DNA from: Candidatus Methanophagales archaeon
GTDB lineage: Archaea; Halobacteriota; Syntropharchaeia; Alkanophagales; Methanospirareceae
Assembly (NCBI GenBank): GCA_003336485.1
Contig: QENH01000200.1
Span: 7,510-71,509, forward strand
Direction: 5' to 3'
Length of the DNA stretch: 64,000 nucleotides
Shown in pieces: positions 58,501 through 64,000 of this stretch (position 1 is its first letter; each line of letters opens with the position of its first letter). Position numbers and translations under genes: made by a program. The notes under the pieces are model-generated. The model worked only from the letters and a program-made list of their open reading frames with translations. It ran no database searches and was not told the origin of the DNA.

Positions 58501-61500
58501 TTAATAGTCCCTCTGATTTTTGACTAACCCAAAAATAAGGTCTACTTCATCATCATCATCTATGTGTTTTCGTATCGCATATTTTACTTCACGCTCCTTT
58601 ATCAAATTGCCACGCCAGCCGTCTTTTTTCGTGTGACTGATTTCCGCATCCAGAGCAATCGTGAGTTCTTCATCATGGCTCAAATTATCGTATAGGGCGC
58701 GTTTGGCATTAGAATCCAACCGTTTAGGATATATAGCAGAATCAGCAGGTTTTTTTACTTTTTTACTTAATTCGACTATTTTGGCCAAATATTCTTTATA
58801 ACTTTTGGCTTCTTCTTTTCGTTCATTTATCAATTCATCCAGAAGCGTTGACATATTCTCGTAATACTTCGGATTGGTAGGCATTTGATCGATTATCAGC
58901 CTGCGCATATTGTTTTCTATTGTTTCCGCCACGGCTTCTTTGTTCCTTGTTATGCCTTTCGGTAATGCGTTTACCGCATCCGCGCCTCGTTCTACGATCA
59001 AATCGATCAGCGTCATGTCATCAAAAGCAGAAATCGTTTTGCTTTCTTCTGCACCTATGTACGTGTCTATCAAATGACGCATAGCAGGCTCGTATGCCTT
59101 CAAGTCAATATAATCACCACTTGCCAGTTTTATTTCGGCTCTTACAGCTTCATAATACGCAACATCTCTTTTTATCTGCTCAATTTCTTCTGGTCTATAA
59201 CCGGCTTTCACCATTTCGTTTGCTATGTCGGCATAGGCTCTGATCAATGCTGCTGTATGCTTATATAATGCGATACGCTTTTGTTCCGTTTCTTTTAATT
59301 CGTTCTTAATTTCCGGGTTGCCACAGAAGTAACGAGTATAAGCCAGAGTATCTTTTGGTGCTGCTACCGGTTCGCACAACGCTTTTATTGCTTCCAGTGC
59401 ATTATCTAATCGTTCCTTGCCCAGTGCCAATCTGTCAGTCAATAAACCTGCTACATCTTCTTGTTCGTACGCATCGAATGCTCCTGAGGTATAATCGTCT
59501 ATTGCCTTTTCAAGGCTTTTGAATAGGTCTTTGTAATCGATGATATAGCCATATTCTTTGTCATCGCCATCTAAACGGTTTACACGGCAGATGGCTTGAA
59601 ACAGCCCATGATCCTGCATACTCTTATCAATGTAGAGATAGGTAGCGGAAGGGGCGTCAAAGCCCGCAAGCAGTTTATCCACAACAATGAGCAATTTCAT
59701 CTGGGCAGGTTCTTCTACAAACTTCTTTTTTACTTCTTCTTCAAACGTCTTTGGATCTTTACCATCCAACATCTTCTGATAAACGTCGTATTTCTTCAGT
59801 TTGTCAGTAGGCGAGTCTTCGCCGGTGCTTTCGCCTTTTTGGTCTCCCATTGAGGGTATGTAAGAGGTGACAATGGCACATTTTTTCAAGCCTGCATTTT
59901 GAAACAGTTCATAATATCTACATGCCTGATAAATACTACCTGAGACCAGCATGGCATTGCCCGCACCGTTTTGCAGCCGGTCTTTTGTTTCTATGTCCAG
60001 TAAAATATCGGCAACAATTTTTTCTAATCGTGATTGTGAGCTGAGGACACGTTTCATGGTGCCCCATTTCTTCTTCAGTTCGATTTTGGCGTAGTCGGTT
60101 AATCCTCTTGTCTTTGCCTCGAACCACTGGTCTATCTTTGCCGGTGAGGTGATATTCTGGTCAACGTTCCGTGCCTCGTATCGCAGATCAAGCACTACCT
60201 CATCTTTTACTGCTTCATCGTATTTGTAGGTGTGGATATATTTGCCAAATACTTCTATGCTTTTCTTCTTATCTTTCTTTAGCAGGGGCGTGCCGGTAAA
60301 ACCGATGAGCAATGCATCAGGCAAAATGAATTTCATGGCTTCGTGCAGCTTACCCGACTGTGTGCGGTGGCACTCATCCACAAATACGTAGATGTCGCCT
60401 TTTGCTCGAAAGTCTCTGGGCAGATTTTTCCGGAGGTCTTCTATATAGCCGTCATAATCAGCCTCTTCTTTATTTGCGAATTTATGGATTAGCGAGCAGA
60501 GCAGCCAGGGCGTTGTCGCATTCAATTTATCAATCAAATCTATTCCGCTTCTGGTGCGGGCAATCTTTTCACTGAGACCCAAAAATACTTTCTCTATCTG
60601 CTTATCCAGATCATCACGGTCGGTGATGATGAGTACCCGGGCATCATTGATATTCTCGCGTATCCATTTGGCAAGCCAGACCATGATCAGGCTTTTGCCG
60701 CTACCCTGGGAGTGCCAGATGATACCGCCTTCGCGTTTGCCTATGCTTGCCTGAGATGTCTTGACTGCAAAGTACTGATTGTGCCGGCAGATCTTTTTGG
60801 TGCCGCGATCGTAGACGATAAAATCGTGTAAGAGCTCCAGAAACCGCTCTTTATTGCATAGCTGTGTAATGTGCCGATCAAGCGGGTTTTCTATGTCGCT
60901 TTCTTCTTTCCATGAGAGCCAATATTTTTCCGGTGTTTCGATAACGCCGTAGCGGATGCCTTCGGTATCGTTGCCTGCCATTATCAATTGAATAGTAGCA
61001 AAAAACGGGCGGATAAAAGTTTGCTTTTGATTGTCCAGATTCTGGCGAATACCTTCGGAAACGGACACGGTGCTGCGTTTTAGTTCCAATACGCCTAAGG
61101 CAATGCCATTGACATATAGCACCACGTCCGGGCGTTTATCGTTTTCGCCTTTTACTGTTACCTCTTCTGCTATGGCGAACTCATTTTCAAGTGGATTTTC
61201 CCAATCTATCAGCTTAACGGTCTGGGTGTTTTCACCTACCTCTTCCTTTACACTTACGCCATAACGCAACAGGGAATATACATCTTTGTTGAGGTCGTGC
61301 AAACTCTTGCTCTGGTTGGTTGCGGCCCTGGTAAGCTCGTAAATGGCTTTGACGATAAGGATCTGGCTATAACCTCTTTTAAGCAGGTACTGGTGTAAAA
61401 TCTTCTTTTCTATATTGCCATTGTTCTCGCGGTCTTCCCAGTTGCCGAGATATTCATAGCCTAAATGTGTTTGGAACAGGTCTACCACTCGGTCCTGTGT

Positions 61501-61530
61501 GATGCGTTCTATTTGTCCTATTGGTGTCAT
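58501..61530 (-). CDS. hsdR: Type I restriction enzyme R subunit HsdR
   Basis: 1009 aa with an N-terminal nuclease-domain region, the SF2 helicase motif I (HSQGSGKS) and DEAH-like motif II (VFVDECHRTQ), plus C-terminal helical domains. Confidence 0.9.
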   Translation of the reverse strand: MTPIGQIERITQDRVVDLFQTHLGYEYLGNWEDRENNGNIEKKILHQYLLKRGYSQILIVKAIYELTRAATNQSKSLHDLNKDVYSLLRYGVSVKEEVGENTQTVKLIDWENPLENEFAIAEEVTVKGENDKRPDVVLYVNGIALGVLELKRSTVSVSEGIRQNLDNQKQTFIRPFFATIQLIMAGNDTEGIRYGVIETPEKYWLSWKEESDIENPLDRHITQLCNKERFLELLHDFIVYDRGTKKICRHNQYFAVKTSQASIGKREGGIIWHSQGSGKSLIMVWLAKWIRENINDARVLIITDRDDLDKQIEKVFLGLSEKIARTRSGIDLIDKLNATTPWLLCSLIHKFANKEEADYDGYIEDLRKNLPRDFRAKGDIYVFVDECHRTQSGKLHEAMKFILPDALLIGFTGTPLLKKDKKKSIEVFGKYIHTYKYDEAVKDEVVLDLRYEARNVDQNITSPAKIDQWFEAKTRGLTDYAKIELKKKWGTMKRVLSSQSRLEKIVADILLDIETKDRLQNGAGNAMLVSGSIYQACRYYELFQNAGLKKCAIVTSYIPSMGDQKGESTGEDSPTDKLKKYDVYQKMLDGKDPKTFEEEVKKKFVEEPAQMKLLIVVDKLLAGFDAPSATYLYIDKSMQDHGLFQAICRVNRLDGDDKEYGYIIDYKDLFKSLEKAIDDYTSGAFDAYEQEDVAGLLTDRLALGKERLDNALEAIKALCEPVAAPKDTLAYTRYFCGNPEIKNELKETEQKRIALYKHTAALIRAYADIANEMVKAGYRPEEIEQIKRDVAYYEAVRAEIKLASGDYIDLKAYEPAMRHLIDTYIGAEESKTISAFDDMTLIDLIVERGADAVNALPKGITRNKEAVAETIENNMRRLIIDQMPTNPKYYENMSTLLDELINERKEEAKSYKEYLAKIVELSKKVKKPADSAIYPKRLDSNAKRALYDNLSHDEELTIALDAEISHTKKDGWRGNLIKEREVKYAIRKHIDDDDEVDLIFGLVKNQRDY

Positions 61531-61533
61531 ATC

Positions 61534-62150
61534 TTAGCCCCCTATAACTTTCCAATGCCCGCCTTTATCTGGGCCAACTCTTATAAGTTTACCCTCTTGT
61601 TGCAAGTTTTGGATGTTTCTTTCGATTGAACGTGTGGTTACGCCAATTATTTCTGCAAGTTCCGGTATCGTTATCCAGTCATTTGATTTAATTGCCTCCA
61701 CTATTTTCACCGACGTTTTCACCGACGTTTCTTCCGGAACAATATAGTTACTTAGCTTAAACTCAAGATAAAAACCGGAGAAATCATACTTGAATTCAGG
61801 TACGGGCAAACCAGCTCTCTTGCATTCACTGTTAATTTTCTGAATGCCTCGCCCCCCATGCTTCAATTAAGCCTGCACGGAAAAATGCATTCGCAATATC
61901 GGGATTATACGGTTTGGAGGGGTGTTTTTGTTTTAGCGTTTCAATTGTCCAGTTTTCAGGTAATTGACCATCGTTCCATAAAACTATTTTATCATCATAA
62001 ACGCTTATTTGGATGGGGACGCCGTTGCTATAATCTTTGTGTACAACGGCATTTAACAGGGCTTCACGCAAAGCCGGTCTGGGAAACGGGTATTTTTCAA
62101 TTCTGGTCAGATCGTCATAACTTATATTCGCCCTCATGTATTTGGTAAGC
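61534..62150 (-). pseudogene. Transcriptional-regulator-like ATPase gene (HATPase_c_4 core plus C-terminal wHTH; AlbA_2/Schlafen-like family), 5'-truncated and frameshifted
   Basis: Two overlapping ORFs (61832-62230 and 61534-61866) carry the HATPase_c_4-like core (LLNAVVHKDYSNGVPIQISVYDDKIVLWNDG) and the wHTH tail. The frameshift is near the C-run at ~61855-61861. Homology stops at ~62150, where sequence identical to the beta-helix repeat begins. Confidence 0.6.
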
Positions 62151-64000
62151 AGCAACACGATACATAGCAATACCGCTTCAAGCAACGACTTCGGCATCGA
62201 TCTGTATTCTTCAAGCAACAATAACCGCATCTATAACAACTACTTCAACAACTTCCATAACAATGCTCGAGATGACGGGAGCAACATCTGGGACATCTCG
62301 CCGACCTTAGGAGGGAACATAATCGGCGGTTCCTGGCTGGCTGGTAACTACTGGAGCGATTATGCCGGAATAGATGCAAATGGCGATGGGCTTGGAGATA
62401 CATTACTACCGTATAACGCCAATGGTGATATTTTAATAGGTGGCGATATGCATCCATTGGTTCCAGCGGGTATTGCACCCCTTTTAGCACTAAAAAAATC
62501 AGACGACCTCGATCCCATCCCGCCCGGCGGCACATTGAACTATTCTATTATCGTGAATAACGTTGGATATATAACAACAACGAATGTCACAGTGACAGAG
62601 ACATACGATATGAACGTTGCCTACGACTCGGCTATGCCTGCGCCTTCATCAGGAAACGACATGTGGATATTCCCGGTGCTCAATGCAAACGAGAGCAAAT
62701 GGATCAATATTTCCGTTATTGTCAACCCGTCCATTCCGATAGGAACGGTCCTACATAATACCGTTAATGTGTCCAGTGCAGAAGGAGTAACTGATTCTGA
62801 TACAGAGGCTACAACTGTCTTCTTCGGTGAACAAAACTGCACCTGTGGCGACATATGTGTAATTACAACCGGCTGGTGGCGAGATGGCGGCGCGTTTCAT
62901 CCAACTGATACGCCGATACAAGATGCAATAGAGAACGCAGGTACGGGTGATACTATTTGCGTTAAGGATGGCACGTACAATGAGAACGTGAATGTGGACA
63001 AGCGATTAACGCTAAAATCGGATAACTGTGCTGCTTCGACCACGGTTAATGCTTTATATCCAAATGAGCATGTATTTGAGGTGACTGCGGATTATGTAAA
63101 CATATCGGGATTCACTGTTAAAGGAGCAACAGGTAAAGGAAAGGCAGGAATATATCTCAGCAGTAGCATAGATCACTGCAACATTTATGATAACAACGCT
63201 TCGGATAATAACTATGGCATCTATATGATGGAGTCGAGCTACAACAGGATCACAAGCAATACCGTCTCGAACAACGACAGGTATGGCATTTACCTGCGGC
63301 GTGAGTCGAGCAACTACAACACAATCACAAACAACATTGCTTTGAACAACGACTACGGCATCCGCCTGTCTCATTCCAGCAACAACACGATACATAGCAA
63401 TACCGCTTCAAGCAACGACTTCGGCATCGATCTGTATTCTTCAAGCAACAATAACCGCATCTATAACAACTACTTCAACAACTTCCATAACAATGCTCGA
63501 GATGACGGGAGCAACATCTGGGACATCTCGCCGACCTTAGGAGGGAACATAATCGGCGGTTCCTGGCTGGCTGGTAACTACTGGAGCGATTATGCCGGAA
63601 TAGATGCAAATGGCGATGGGCTTGGAGATACATTACTACCGTATAACGCCAATGGTGATATTTTAATAGGTGGCGATATGCATCCATTGGTTCCAGCGGG
63701 TATTGCACCCCTTTTAGCACTAAAAAAATCAGACGACCTCGATCCCATCCCGCCCGGCGGCACATTGAACTATTCTATTATCGTGAATAACGTTGGATAT
63801 ATAACAACAACGAATGTCACAGTGACAGAGACATACGATATGAACGTTGCCTACGACTCGACTATTCCTGCGCCTTCCGTAGGGAATGACACGTGGATAT
63901 TCCCTGCACTCAATGCAAACGAGACCAGATGGATTAATATTTCCGTTTCTGTCAATCCGTCCACTCCGATAGGAACTGTTCTACATAATATCGTTAAGGT
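62136..64000 (+). CDS. Beta-helix/NosD-like plus DUF11-like repeat protein. It is open-ended with no stop in the window, no signal peptide at the first ATG, and is probably a fragment.
   Basis: Own translation of the plus strand from ATG 62136 (preceded by an in-frame TAA at 62118): [40 protein letters not shown]...[37 protein letters not shown]...DUF11-like LALKKSDDLDPIPPGGTLNYSIIVNNVG...CTCGDICVITTGWW...PbH1 repeats, then the same unit again. The ORF track missed it because the ORF does not terminate inside the window. The minus-strand ORFs listed here are antisense artefacts. Confidence 0.6.
   Translation, partial: MYLVSSNTIHSNTASSNDFGIDLYSSSNNNRIYNNYFNNFHNNARDDGSNIWDISPTLGGNIIGGSWLAGNYWSDYAGIDANGDGLGDTLLPYNANGDILIGGDMHPLVPAGIAPLLALKKSDDLDPIPPGGTLNYSIIVNNVGYITTTNVTVTETYDMNVAYDSAMPAPSSGNDMWIFPVLNANESKWINISVIVNPSIPIGTVLHNTVNVSSAEGVTDSDTEATTVFFGEQNCTCGDICVITTGWWRDGGAFHPTDTPIQDAIENAGTGDTICVKDGTYNENVNVDKRLTLKSDNCAASTTVNALYPNEHVFEVTADYVNISGFTVKGATGKGKAGIYLSSSIDHCNIYDNNASDNNYGIYMMESSYNRITSNTVSNNDRYGIYLRRESSNYNTITNNIALNNDYGIRLSHSSNNTIHSNTASSNDFGIDLYSSSNNNRIYNNYFNNFHNNARDDGSNIWDISPTLGGNIIGGSWLAGNYWSDYAGIDANGDGLGDTLLPYNANGDILIGGDMHPLVPAGIAPLLALKKSDDLDPIPPGGTLNYSIIVNNVGYITTTNVTVTETYDMNVAYDSTIPAPSVGNDTWIFPALNANETRWINISVSVNPSTPIGTVLHNIVK
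62150..62630 (+). repeat. Direct repeat, copy 1, of a ~1.23 kb unit. Copy 2 is at 63380-63860.
   Basis: Blocks compared by eye (62161-62340 vs 63391-63570 and 62581-62630 vs 63811-63860) are identical at a 1230-bp offset. Downstream the copies diverge to roughly 85%. Confidence 0.8.
63380..63860 (+). repeat. Direct repeat, copy 2 (see 62150-62630)
   Basis: Same comparison as for copy 1. Confidence 0.8.

Noticed and set aside
62245-63765. Minus-strand ORFs 62245-62535, 63054-63395 and 63475-63765 (two of them identical)
   Set aside because: They are antisense to the open-ended plus-strand beta-helix ORF. The two identical ORFs simply reflect the 1230-bp direct repeat.

Overview
This window looks like a chromosomal segment from a methanogenic or methanotrophic euryarchaeon, probably Methanosarcinales or ANME-like. 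The evidence is Ftr, CofG, AglB, aRF1, TBP, archaeal-type TIM, S19e, Rpo11, Csl4, prefoldin, the uL15-SecY operon end and a tRNA-Gly lacking an encoded CCA. Housekeeping genes alternate with a large cell-envelope accessory region.

Main contents:
- **1-7.2 kb:** an N-glycosylation module. It runs 5'-truncated GT2, WbpB/WbpD/WbpE-like UDP-GlcNAc3NAcA enzymes, a sugar-1-P nucleotidyltransferase and the oligosaccharyltransferase AglB (WWDYG motif).
- **11.5-20.6 kb:** three tandem paralogous secreted right-handed beta-helix (PbH1/NosD-like) proteins.
  - They share near-identical signal peptides, 5' leaders and (in genes 1 and 3) C-terminal CFIATAAYG domains.
  - All three are extremely rich in N-glycosylation sequons.
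  - The third gene (1512 aa) contains three ~1.25 kb tandem modules.
- **26.9-30.1 kb:** an archaeosortase operon with a translationally coupled EpsI-like partner, a small secreted protein, HtpX, and a neighbouring CPBP protease.
- **39.3-43.8 kb:** a PGF-CTERM protein cluster. It includes a legumain-like C13 peptidase with a recently duplicated CUB-like domain and an orphan PGF-CTERM tail remnant.
- **57.8-62.2 kb:** a decayed type I restriction-modification locus. HsdR and a DUF45 metallohydrolase are present, no hsdM or hsdS is found, and a frameshifted regulator gene is truncated at 62150.
- **62.1 kb to window end:** a fourth beta-helix gene fragment. It carries an internal ~1.23 kb direct repeat, runs off the window end, and abuts the truncated regulator at 62150. 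This is either a recombination junction or an assembly artefact.
- **Repeated non-coding elements:**
  - a ~40-nt quasi-palindromic motif in three divergent promoter regions;
  - a ~110-nt inverted-repeat-bounded element present twice.

The ORF track also missed one short CDS and one open-ended ORF:
- a 59-aa zinc-ribbon ORF on the minus strand;
- a plus-strand ORF running off the window end.

No CRISPR array, transposase or rRNA was seen.
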